Origin: Auanema rhodensis
Taxonomy: Eukaryota; Animalia; Nematoda
Assembly: GCA_964057225.1 (NCBI GenBank)
Contig: OZ059898.1
Coordinates: 5,580,001 to 5,644,000, forward strand
Reading direction: 5' to 3'
DNA length: 64,000 nucleotides
Shown: piece after piece, positions 13,516 through 25,031 of the stretch
How positions within the stretch are numbered: the stretch's first letter is position 1
How the letters are laid out: the number at the start of each line of letters is the position of its first letter
Notes under the pieces: model-generated
The model's input: the letters and a program-made list of their open reading frames with translations, nothing else
Told to the model about the DNA's origin: nothing
Database searches by the model: none
Program-made: the position numbers and the translations under genes

Positions 13516-16500
13516 ATGCCACCAAAAAAAGGAGGCAAGAAGAATAAGGATGATGATTGGTAAGCAGAGAATATAAATGAAATTTCATTGTAATATTCAG
13601 GGATGACAAAGCCCTCGATAATAAAATGGCAGCTCTTAAGTTAATGGAAGAGAAAGAGAAGGAAGACGCAGCATGGGATGATGAAAGTGATGAAGAACCG
13701 GCTCCAGCTCCAACTCGTGGTAAAGCTGCATTTGCTATGCTGGTATTAGGTTTCTACAGTTGAGGAACTATTACAGTTATTTAGATGGATGATTCTGATA
13801 GTGAGCATAGCAACAAATCAGATTCAGAACCAGAACAGGCTTCATCCCCTAAATCCCCCAAGGTTCTTCAACGTTATTAAGGCGAAATAATAAATTGTCT
13901 TTTAGATTGAAGCGAAGCCAACCAAGAAAGTAGAGAAGGCTGAACCTAAAAATGAAAAGAAGAAGGGTAAAAAGGGAAAAAAAGTTTGAAGTAATTTAAA
14001 GTATTTACTTGATTTCTTTCCAATTAGGGCAAACAAGAAGATGATGATGAATTGGATGCTATTCTTGCTAATCTGGATAAACCTGTAGAAAAAGAACAAA
14101 GTGGTAAAAGTAAAAAGAAAGCTAAATCTGCAGAAGCCACAGCTGATCAATCAAAATCCGAACCTAAAGATTCTAATGCTGTAAATGAAACCTCTATTCC
14201 AGATGCTGATGCTGTAAAAGGTAAGTTTTGTCTATTGAAACATTAAATGAAATGTTATTCTAGATGCCGAGGTAGAAGATGCGAAGAAAAAGAAGAAGAA
14301 GAAGAAGGACAAGAAAAAAAGCGCAGAAGATGAAGAACAGAATGATGACGCTAAAGAAGAAAAAGAGGAAGATGTAGTGCATACATCCTTATGTTTTTTA
14401 ATAAGTAATAATTCAGGTAAAAGATGTTGATAATGAAGGCGAAGAGGGAGGGGATGGCGAGAAAGACAAGAAGAAAAAGAAGAAGAAAAAGGATAAGAAG
14501 AAGGAGGAGGAAAAGCCAAAGAAAAATAAACATGCGAGTTTTTGTGGTAATTTTTCTTTCTTTCTAACATATATTCTTTCAGGTGGATACTATCAAGGAG
14601 TTCCTGAGAGCTAAAAAGGAGGCTGAGGAAGCTGAAGCTCAAAGGCTAAAGGAAGAAGAAGAGCGACTTGAAGCGTTACAAAGAGAGAGGGACGAGGAGG
14701 TAATACTTTCTAATTTATATTTAATTTTTTTATATTCAGGAAAGAATAGCACGAGAGAAGAAAGAAGCTGAAAAGGAGCGCAAAAAGGCTTTAATTCAAA
14801 AGAAAAAGGAGGATGGGTCATGGAAATCTGCCAAGGAAAAGGAAAAAGCAAGGTTGGCAGCGGCCAAACTTGCTGCTGCTGGAAGTCTGAGATTTTTTTC
14901 CTTTTCGACTCAATTTATTGTTATATTGCTTCAGTTGATGTTGAAGCCATTAGTTCTTCTGCTCCTCCTACGAAGCCTATTGTGTATCTGGACAAGCGTG
15001 CTTTAAAAAAGCAACAGCAACGTGAGCAGCGTAAGGCTGCTGCTGCAGGCGCTTCTGAATCACCTACTCCTACTCCGGAGAGTCCCGAAGAAGCTGCATC
15101 TGCAGAAGAAAAATCCGCTTCACCTCATGTATGTTTGTTTATTCATTTTTTTCTCATTTTTAGTTATAGGAGGAGCCCCTTGATGACTGGGAAATGGCAG
15201 AAGTAGAGGATCTTAAACTTGCTGCTCAAAACGCAAAAGCTGCAAGTGATAAAAAGGCAGAATCTTTAAAAAAAGAATCGGTTTCACTCATCAATGTTCT
15301 CTTTTATAATTTATTTTGCTTTAGTCTGTTGAACAGGAGGAATCTTCAGAGGATGAATCAAGTGAAGAAGAGTCTTCAGATTCTTCAGAAGAGGAATCGT
15401 CGAGTGATGAAGATTCACCAAAAAGAAAAGAAACCAAGGAAGAAATGATAGAGAGAGTTCGACTCCGCCTTAAAGTATATTTAGACAATCCTATCTGAAA
15501 TATACATTTCGTTTTCTAGAAAAGACGAGAAGCTGCAGAAGCTAAGCGTACAACTAATGATTTGCGCTCTCCTGTTATTTGTGTTTTAGGACATGTAGAT
15601 ACTGGCAAAACCAAAATGCTTGATACGGTATGAACTGCTCTATCGTTTTTTTTGCTAACGTATATAAGCAGATTCGTAGAACACATGTTCAAGAAGGCGA
15701 AGCTGGTGGAATTACTCAACAAATAGGAGCAACATGTGTTCCAAGTGATGCAATTAAGGAAAGATGCAAACAAGTCAGAGACTTTAATGCCGCTGATATG
15801 AAATTACCTGGATTTCTTATTATTGATACTCCTGGTCACGAATCTTTCACGTATGCTTCGTTTCTTATAATTTCTTAAGTTCCTTTTTTGCTTCAGTAAC
15901 CTTCGCTCTCGTGGATCATCGTTATGTGACTTTGCCATTCTTGTTGTCGACTTGATGCATGGTCTCGAAGCTCAAACAATCGAATCATTGAAAATGTTAT
16001 TGAAAAGGAAGACTCCATTTGTTGTCGCGCTAAATAAGGTAGTTTAATTTGTGGAGAGCTTTAATATTTCTTATTTTCAGATTGATCGTCTTTACGGATA
16101 TGAGTCGAATCCTCGGAAAGATGTGTATCGGCATCTCGAAACTCAGCCTAATAACACTAGGCTGGAATTTAAAGATAAGAGTAATGTGGTTATTGCTCAG
16201 TTTGCTGAACAAGTACAGATGCTATTTCTGCATAATATTATCTTGAGATTCTAGGGAATCAACGTGTGTTTCAGCAATGAAGATATTCAAGATGATGACT
16301 ATGTTAAGATGGTTCCAACCTCTGCTATGAGGGGGGATGGAATTGGTTTTTTTTAAAATTTGACTTTGAATAATTAACATCCGTTTCAGGAAATCTTATG
16401 TCTTTCATTGTTAATGAGTGTCAGACTACACATGCTCAAAAATTGGCTTTCAGTGAGGAACTCAACGCCTCTGTAATGGAAGTATAGAATCACCTATTTG

Positions 16501-17916
16501 TATTCGTTATTAAATAGTATGCTTTCAGGTTAAAGTTATCCCTGGATTAGGAACAACTATTGATGTTATTCTGGTCAACGGAAGATTGAAGGTTTATGAT
16601 GTTCTTGTAATAACAGGACTTGACGGAGCTATAATGGCCCCAATCAGAGAGCTACTAATGCCTCAGCCGTTGAAAGAACTAAGGGTTAAGGTAAGATAAT
16701 ATTCTTTATATTAAGTTACCATGACCTTTAGAATGAGTACGAACATTTCAAAGAAGTTAAGGGTGCTCAGGGTGTTAAAATCCTAGCCAAGGGTTTGGAA
16801 AAAACAGTTGCTGGATTGCCTGTTTTCGTGGCCCATAATGAAGATGAAATTGACCTTTTGAAGTAAGAAAAATTGAATTTCTTTAAAACATGCTATGTAT
16901 TGAAGGGAAGATGCCGAGCAGCAACTCAGTAAAGCTTTAACCTCAATCAAGAAGAAAAGCGAAGGAGTGTACGTAATGGCAAGTACTCTAGGTTCCCTAG
17001 AGGCTTTATTGGAGTTTTTGCGATCACAGAAAATTCCCGTACGTATATTCATTTACCCTTTTCCAAAATTTGAAAGTTTAGTATTCGAATGTTAACATTG
17101 GTCCAGTGCATAAGAAGGATGTACAGAAAGCTGCGGCAATGAAGGAGCACAATAATGAGTACGATTCTTTAAAATTTGCGTTAATAACTTCCGATGCTTC
17201 CAGATACGCTTGTATTCTTGCATTTGACGTAAAAGTAGAGCGGGATGCTCAATTGTTTGCTGACCATGAAGGTGTTAAGATTTTCCAAGCCGACATTATT
17301 TATCACCTCGAAGACAGTTTCATGAAATATAGGTAAAATAATCATGAAAATATTTGTAAAAGCAGCACGAATTTGTGTTTAGAGAGGACCTTCGCTTAGC
17401 AGCCAGAAAAGAAAACGAACACAAAGCTATCTTCCCTTGTAAGCTTCGGATTTTGGAAAATCATATTTTCAACGCCCGTAATCCTATCATTGTTGGTGTA
17501 ATCGTTGAAGCTGGTCAATTAAAGAGGGGAACTCCCATTTGTGTTCCTACTAAAGGGGTTAGTTTTTTTCCTCTCTTGTCATTACTGTTTATTTAGCGTA
17601 TGTTTATTGGTACTGTATCGTCGGTTCAAAAAAATCACGAAGAAGTTGCTATTGCCAAAAAGGGAGAAGAAGTATGTATTAAGATTGAAAATACTACCGG
17701 TGAGGCTCCTAAACTTTTTGGACGTCACTTCCAACTGGTTGATCCCCTTGTCAGCATGGTGCGTTAATTTTTTTTGTATTTCACTATATTTTTTTAATTC
17801 TATTGAAGATATCGCGTGATTCGATTGATGCTTGCAAAAATTATTTCCGTGATGATTTGTCAACTAAAGATTGGCAATTAGTTCTCGAGTTAAAGAAAAC
17901 GTTGGATATTCTTTAA
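13516..17916 (+). CDS. iffb-1: Translation initiation factor eIF5B, multi-exon
   Basis: Lys/Glu-rich N-terminus. G-domain motifs [40 protein letters not shown] and ALNKID. C-terminal [14 protein letters not shown] and AIFPCKL; ends LKKTLDIL*. Confidence 0.96.
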
Positions 17917-18330
17917 TTTTTTTCTCGGTGCATATCTGTTTGTTTTTTGTTTTTCTTGTTGTGGGTTTTCTTGAGTGTTTTAATAAGTTCGTGGACGAAT
18001 GAATGAATTTATAATAATGTTTTTTTAATCAGAAGCACATTAAAAGTTTTTTACATAGCTTGATCCACGAATTGATTAAAGACTCAATTTTCGCACTTTT
18101 TTCTGCTTATTTTTCTTTTCATTAAAACATTAGAGATACTATTATATTTCTACAAATAAATTAAGAAGTATCTAATATAATTATTATCAGAATTCAAGTT
18201 AATAGAAAGTCTAGGCCACTGACCCGTTATTAGGACCTGTTAATGTATAAGAAAACGAATCACGAGAAGTAACACCGTTTGGGATTATTCTCCCTATCTA
18301 CTCTCAAAAATATTGTTACATAAAATGCAA

Positions 18331-21300
18331 CTAACTACCAGCTAGCTTAGATCTCACAGAAGACTGCGGCTGGGTAACATAGCCATTGTTATCTAAACGT
18401 TGACGAAGTTCTTCAACTGTTCCACTTGATGTAATTCCATATAAAGTATTTAAAGTGGGTACTGCAACTTTTTTTTTGTTCATAACATTTACAATAATGA
18501 TCATACTTGCACGAATTGTTGGTGCTGCACTGATCTGTTCCCATTGTGTCTTTAATTGAGACACAGAGGAGCTAACTTCAATATTAAAATGATTATCTAC
18601 GTGGGGTTCAAGAATGTTGACAATCTGAAAAAAAGCACTATGATTTTTCTAAAAGTAGTTTGGTACCTCTGAAAATGGTGGACGTAGGGCTGGATCAGCA
18701 TGCCACGCTTGTACTAGTAATTTTAATATGTGAGCAGGAAACTGAGCTGTAGGCCCATGTGGTAAGGAAGGTCGACCTGATTGTATCTTTATGAATTACA
18801 AAAGTTGAAAGAAACAATTACCTTGTTTGTAAGCCATTTCCGCAGCTGCAGCTGCTGGTTTCAAATGAGCAAACGGGAGTTCTGCAGAATGAATTTCCCA
18901 AACAACCAATGCGAATGAGAAAACGTCCAAACGCTGATCATAACGACCACTTTGAGAAAATACTTCAGGTGCCATCCATCGCAAATTCTTGAAAAGAAAA
19001 ATATATCTCTATAGTGTTGACTTGAACGTACACCAGGTTGTTTAGTCATGTTTTCGTGATCATTTTGCGCAGCAAAACGGCTTTCTCCAAAATCAGCTAC
19101 CACACTTCTTCCGTTACCTTGTATCAAAATATTATGACTATTCAAATCCCTACAATATAAAATAAACAGAAGCTCAATACTAACTATTCACCTATGTATA
19201 ACTGGCTCTACAGCACTGTCATGTAAATATCTCATTCCTTGTGAAACATCGTAAGATATTCGAAGTCTAAAAGCAGGCTCTAATACTCTCTTTTGCTCAT
19301 GCAGCAAACAAAATAATGATCCATTTTCAGCAAATTCTGTTATAATAGCGAATTGCTGAAAAAATAATTGGATACATAGCATATGAACAATAATTACGCT
19401 TGGATCATCTAAAGAAGCTCCTATGAAGGAAAGTATATTGGGATGAGAGAGTCGGGATAAAATAGAGACTTCACGACATAAAAGGTCAACCTCTGATTTT
19501 GATCCAAAAGCTATAGCTCGATATCTGAATAATACTAGTTTATTAAATAATGTTTTTGAACTATACCGTTTAATTGCCACAGTTCTTCCACGATAGGTAC
19601 CACGATATACTTTTCCAAATGATCCACTGCCAATAGCTTCTTGAAAATCTACATCTCCTAGATTTAGATGGTGAATTGGCTTTAATGTGCTACGAAGTTG
19701 TAATATTTCTGCTTTTTCTCTTGTGATTGAATGTAGTCGACCCATAGGTGAAGGTAACGGTGTATACGACGATTCACCGGAACTACAAATACTTTTTCTC
19801 ATTGTTGGAAGAATAGTTTGCTAACCTATATTCACTAGCTAAATCTCCATCTGCTCTTCTGTTGGCATAATGTTTTAACAGAGCGACAATCTCATCATGT
19901 CCTTTTTCGTAAGCCCATAAAATTGGTGTTTGTTGATCCTGAATTTATAAATAATCAGGAAATTAAAAAATAAACAATATTACCTCTAATGATATAGTAG
20001 AGTTATGAGAGGAAATAGAAGAAGAAGCTGGCTCGGGCCGATTCAACTGAAGAATCGCTGAAGCTACCGTAGATGGCTTAGCACATACTAAAGTTTATTT
20101 TCAAACAAATACTACATAATTTTAATACTACCATAACCGTGTGTTGCTGCAAGTGGAGTGTCTATTGCTTTAGCAGTTAATGATTGATCAGCACCATTTT
20201 CTAACAAGAATTGTACAATTCGCAAGTGCCCGTGATAACATGCGGAATGAAGAGCTAAATTTCCAAAAAAAAGTTAAGCAAACAGTGCTTGTTTTTAGAT
20301 AAACCTGTATGTCCATCTTGTCCTTGATAATTAGGATCAACGCCTGGCTGTTTCATTAATAAGTTCACAAGTTCTGCAGATTTGCCACTTGTACAAGCAG
20401 CATGTAATGGAGTTTCAGAATAAACATTTTCCTAACAATATCTGGGTAATAAAAAAACAGAAATAACTTTGTAAGATACCAGCGTTGCGACATTATAGTC
20501 CGCAGCTGATAGCAAAGCTCGGGCTACATCTGCTCGTCCTGAATAACAAGCCGAATGAAGTGGAGTATCACCATATACGTTTCTATTTATGATCATCTTA
20601 AGTTTATAAAATTACAAAAAAAATAATAAAAAGTTTTACATCAACATTGTTAAAATATTTTTTAAGCAATAAATTAACAATCTGAATATGGCCTGCCTTT
20701 GCAGCAAAATGTAACGGTAAATTGCCTTCATCATCTTCTAAGAAAGCTAAAAAAAAACAGTAAAAACAGAAGATTAGAAGTGTGTCTAACCATCGGCTCC
20801 AGATAGCAATAATAATTCAGCTATAGAAACCAGTCCACGACTGGCTGCAAGATGAAGAGGTCTATCCCGAACACCTCCAGCCCAATTAGCATCTGCTCCA
20901 TGTTCCAAAAGGCATTTAACAATCTGATTCATAATATTTGAAAGTAAATTGTAGCAATTCGTTACAAACCGGTTCATGAGCAAAATATGTAGCACAGTGT
21001 AAAGCTGTGAATTTAACGAAGTCATTAGCATGAAGAGGTGCTCCTGCATCTAACAAATGCTGAAAGAAGAAAAGGAGTTTTCTTGAAGTTTATTCTTCAA
21101 TTCCATTGACTAACTTTAACAATTAGCGGGGAACCACCCATAGCAGCCAGATGAAGTGGTGGAAGATGATGTCTCCCATCTTGTGTAGGATCAGCTCCGT
21201 GTTGTAAAAGAAATTGTACCAAAACAGGATCCATCTAAATAGGAAAAAGTAAAACATAGAAATAGTTTCATGTTCACCTTATATATAGCTAAATGTAAGG

Positions 21301-21840
21301 AAGAGAATCCGTTATTCGTAAGCATAGAAACTATGGATCTTTTCTTGGCATCGTCATTATCATAAAGTGAGAGCAGAGCAGAAACTTTTGCTTGCTATAC
21401 GATAAAATAAAAAATGATTAAAAAAGATGGTTTGTTCAAACCGAATCGTTATGTCCCGAGCAAATTATATGAAGTAGTGAAAGATTTTGAGATGATAAAA
21501 TATCGGCATTATCTATATTTAGTAAAGATATGAACTCCGTTAAGCTTTTTTCACTGAATTAAACATGAAGATTGATATCCTTGTAACAAAACTTACAATG
21601 CTGATATTTGAACTTCGGACCAAGTTGAAACACGGGCTTTAACATCATCATTAAGTCGACTACGTACAACTGCATAACCCTCACTAATCTTTTTCTTCAG
21701 TTCATCTACGAAATATTATTGCTTACTAATAAAACTAGATGAAATGTAACATATAAATCATGTGAATAAGATTTCTTGTAAACAATAAAAAAATTTTTAC
21801 CTGAACATGAAGTTGGTGGACGCGATTTGTAATTTCCCAT
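18331..21840 (-). CDS. TNNI3K: TNNI3K/CARK-like ankyrin-repeat Ser/Thr kinase, multi-exon
   Basis: Start [13 protein letters not shown] matches the TNNI3K N-terminus. Multiple ankyrin repeats, then kinase motifs [35 protein letters not shown] and [10 protein letters not shown]. Confidence 0.93.
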
Positions 21841-22398
21841 TCACATTTAAATGATCCTGATTAGTAACACCTTTTAATATTAGTTATGCTTAAATGTAGT
21901 TTTTAGTTCAATATAGTTTTTAATACGTGAAATATAAATATCGAAAAACTGGTTTTGGTATATTAAGGCAAATTAACTGATTCATTGACTATACACAAAT
22001 AACCTTTAGCTCCAATAGTTTTACACTTATGAAGAAGAGTCGATACAACGCAAGATAGAATTGAGCACAGCGAAAAAATCAATATTGGGGTTCGATTGAT
22101 GGGAGATCTTTCTTCTTCTGTCGGAAAGATGAACAGAAAAGCTAAGCTGCAATCTGACAGTGTACAATAATGAAATAAACTTTTAAGAGGATGAGTACAA
22201 GCTAAAGTAAAAGTAAGAAAAAGAAAAAAATGCCATTTGATTCAAACTCATGTACTAATGTTATCAGGGATTGTTTATGTTTTATCACTTATCAATGATA
22301 TTATGTATATCTATGTATGTTCATATATACATAAATGTTAATAATTTAAGAAAGATTAAATTTTAATTTTAAAAATTGTTCATTTTCAAGAAAATAAG

Positions 22399-22418
22399 TA
22401 TATATATATATATATATA
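22399..22418. repeat. (TA)n microsatellite
   Basis: About 10 TA units visible directly. Confidence 0.85.
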
Positions 22419-22797
22419 TTTAAGTAAACAACGTGATTAATTACAATATTTATTCTTCTATTAGTCAAGGCAATGAAATACTCAGAAAAATTAGATTGGT
22501 GTACATTATTCTTTAAATAGCTCTGAGCATAAAATATATAAAAGGCAGATAATTAAATCTCTTATCTTTACATTTTCCTATCCTATCCCATTGCTCTCAG
22601 AAATTCTCTTTCAATACTATTGTAAAAAAAGGGATATACCCTTTTCTACAGTATTAAATGATACTGGATACAAATGTTTTTTTAAAACATTTAAAATGCA
22701 TTACAACAGACATCACACTCTTTCAAAATCTAACATAATACATAGTAAAATACTATAATAAAATTATATACTGATAAATTAGTTTTGAAGGAGTAAA

Positions 22798-23438
22798 TTA
22801 AGTCCTCTTTTCCAGCCAACCAGTAGAACCACCATCGCTACATCCTCCTGGATTAGAGAAGCTAGAGCAACCCTGTTGATTTGAGCTGTATTTTGATGTA
22901 CCTGAAATTTGCATTGTAATAGAAAATTTTTAGGAAAAATTATACTTGAAATGCGCTTTCTCATGTTATTGCCACTATTTATTATCCCGTTAGTCATAGT
23001 GTCCATTCCTTGCCCAAAACCTAATCCCATACCGTACATACCATATCCACCAAAGCCATAGTTACCAGACATGCTGTTCATTCCATTGAGACCTGCATTT
23101 TTAAATTTCCAAAAAAAAATAAATAAAATAAAACTATAGACCATAAGATCCCATCATGCCATATGGATATCCGCCATATAATCCATATCCTCCCATAGTA
23201 GAGTAATCCATGCCATTTCCATACATACTCATAGGGTTAAGCATAAAGTTGTTATAAGGAAAACCTAAAAATGTAGAAAAGAAGTAGAAATAAATTTTTG
23301 TTACGCTGTAAAGGTTTTATAGAACAATACTACAAAAGCTGACTTACAACACTGCATACCTCCTAAGAAATTTCCGAATTGAGCCACCGTTGTTCCCACA
23401 ACAGTAAAAATTAGTACAAAAGATGATATAACAGTCAT
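22798..23438 (-). CDS. Small secreted Gly/Tyr/Met-rich protein, candidate peptide precursor, 4 exons
   Basis: Signal peptide MTVISSFVLIFTVVGTTVA, then QFGNFLGGFPYNNFMLNPMSMYGNGMDYSTMGGYGLYGGYPYGMMGSYGLNGM...GFGGYGMYGMG...NMRKRISSTSKYSSNQQGCSSFSNPGGCSDGGSTGWLEKRT*. GT-AG introns are phase-consistent. Confidence 0.75.
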
Positions 23439-24202
23439 GTTGAAACGATGCTTCACGAGATATTACAAAATTATATAACTATTTCCCTTTTATAGCCGTA
23501 CTACATTAATGTCAATAGTCAGTACCATCTTGAAAACTCAAGTATCCACACGACATGTTGAAGTTGCACGCAGAATTTGGAAACTGAAGTAAAATCCACA
23601 ATTTGTTATTCAGAAATCTTTTCACGATTATTTTCAAAAGAATACATAAACAGTACCATTATACCGAATAATGTTAAGAGCTATATCTTTTGTCCTTTCT
23701 GATATTTATTATGAAATATTAAAGTTTCGTAAACTTATTGATGAAAGTTGACCATATTGAAACTGTACAAATTTGAAATCTCATGAAAAGATTTAGATAT
23801 GCTACGTTTTGAAAAATTAGAACATTCTTAGAAATAATGTGAGCTTTATCTCAAGTACTTAATTTTCATCTCTTCATGTAGACCATGAACTAGAACAGGA
23901 AAAAAATTTTAATCTTATTTTATAACTTCTATTTAAAATATTTTTACAATGTCTCTTTCAAGCTTGCGCGTAAAATCCTGTTAATCTGATTTCTTGGTCA
24001 AAACAAAGTCACGCCTTTGTAAATCGGCACTTGCTGTTTACCAATTAACTGCGCGCTCTAAAATAAAAATATTCGTCGTTTGGTTTAAATAATACAACCT
24101 ATACCTATTGAGATTTTATTGATTCTAGTTTTTTAAACTCTAGTGATTATATCAATATAACGGATTTAAACTTTCATAATATTAATCTTACTATATAGCA
24201 GA

Positions 24203-24820
24203 ATGATTCGATCTATTTTAACAATTCCTCGTATTTCTGTTCGTTCCCTGACATTGTCATCTCGGTCTTCAGTTGAAGCACCAACAAAAAGGGAAGTAGA
24301 TGATCTGTTTTCGGAAAAACCTCAAGATAGAAAGAAAAATAGCTTCAGGTTTATTAGAAGGAATTTATTTCTTCAAGCAATATTGAATTTTGTAGCAAAA
24401 ATCATGTAGAAATAGTTGGTGGTGTTGCCAATGATCCTTTCCACAAAATTGGTCAAAACAATAGAGGTTTCACTGTTATTAATGTTATTACCAATAACAG
24501 ATACAAATTGAGCAATGGGGAATTTGCTGAAACTGTAAGTTTATCTCTCATAGAATTCTTCATATAATAATTGTCCATTCAGAACGAAAGACATGCAATC
24601 ACATTTTTCGGGAAGCAAGCAGAATTTGTAGCTAAATCAATTAAGAAAGGTAATGATACACTATAATTTCTAACTAAATAAGTTTTCAGGAAATCGCGTC
24701 ATGGTTGATGGTCGTTTACATTATACTGGTGGTCAACTGCAAGAAAATGGACAACGAACTCCAAGACAAACTCATATTCACGGTGAAAACATTCAATGCT
24801 TGGCTGCCCGTAGGGACTGA
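24203..24820 (+). CDS. mtss-1: Mitochondrial single-stranded DNA-binding protein, 4 exons
   Basis: Arg/Ser-rich presequence, KREVDDLFSEKP, then OB-fold segments NHVEIVGGVANDP, TERHAITFFGKQAE and KKGNRVMVDGRLHYTGG. Closely matches recalled C. elegans MTSS-1. Confidence 0.93.
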
Positions 24821-25031
24821 GGTTCTTACCACTCTATGATCTTATTGTGAGAATTTACCTGACTCTGTTTTAAATATTGTGTAGGGCTTTTGTTGATCAG
24901 TTTAATTAGGTTGTTGTTATTGTTATTGAAATTCATGAAAAAAAGTTTCTCTATACTATTTAAGGTTTTAGTCCTCAAATATTTTATATTATTGATTGAG
25001 TCATCAGAAATATGTTTCTTGCAGTTGTTCG

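Noticed and set aside
14232-14851. Antisense hydrophobic ORFs over eIF5B (similar ones at 35693-36102, 38537-39016, 42563-43015)
   Set aside because: Shadow frames of low-complexity or ordinary coding exons on the opposite strand.
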